A stretch of 64,000 bases of DNA from Lepidodermella squamata. Its lineage: Eukaryota > Animalia > Gastrotricha. The notes under the pieces were generated by a model. The model did not search any database. It was not told the DNA's origin and saw nothing but the letters and a program-made list of their open reading frames with translations. This document shows, piece after piece, positions 63,984 to 64,000 of this stretch. Where the stretch lies: NCBI GenBank assembly GCA_047495785.1, contig JBLDXI010000012.1, positions 1,318,592 to 1,382,591 on the forward strand, in the 5' to 3' direction. Position 1 is the stretch's first letter, and every line of letters begins with the position of its first letter. A program made the translations under genes and the position numbers.

Positions 63984-64000
63984 ACTCTCACGAGATGTGT
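63984..64000 (-). other. Probable PacBio barcode remnant
   Basis: ACTCTCACGAGATGTGT is the reverse complement of ACACATCTCGTGAGAG+T, which I recall as barcode bc1003 with the T overhang; the fold-back identity stops exactly here. Confidence 0.8.

Overview
Gene-dense, intron-containing eukaryotic (invertebrate animal) genomic DNA with very short (~50-60 nt) GT-AG introns, so the ORF track misses or fragments most real genes. The first 27 kb is an unusual multicopy cluster. It holds four copies of a secreted, very cationic Lys/Gly/Ser-rich protein with alternating (Ser-X)n blocks, and two copies of a 414-aa alpha-crystallin/HSP20 protein with a long Gly-Ala-Glu tetrad-repeat N-terminus; both families have extreme C/G third-position codon bias. 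It also holds three four-exon GPI-anchored three-finger (Ly6/uPAR-like) genes head-to-head with a divergent Cys-loop channel gene, an i-type lysozyme, two U6 snRNAs, a variant U3 snoRNA, a composite DNA transposon carrying an inverted pair of tRNA-like Pol III cassettes, and an intronless PQQ-like beta-propeller gene. The rest of the window holds latrophilin, two more Cys-loop paralogs, an ANKRD28/44/52-like gene, STOML2, GCP4, a Dpy-30/EF-hand/ankyrin ciliary-type gene, an aminergic GPCR and several transposon remnants. The last 2.5 kb is an error-containing fold-back copy of the preceding sequence and ends in what appears to be a PacBio barcode, so it is a technical artifact. Exon coordinates were read by eye and no database searches were run.
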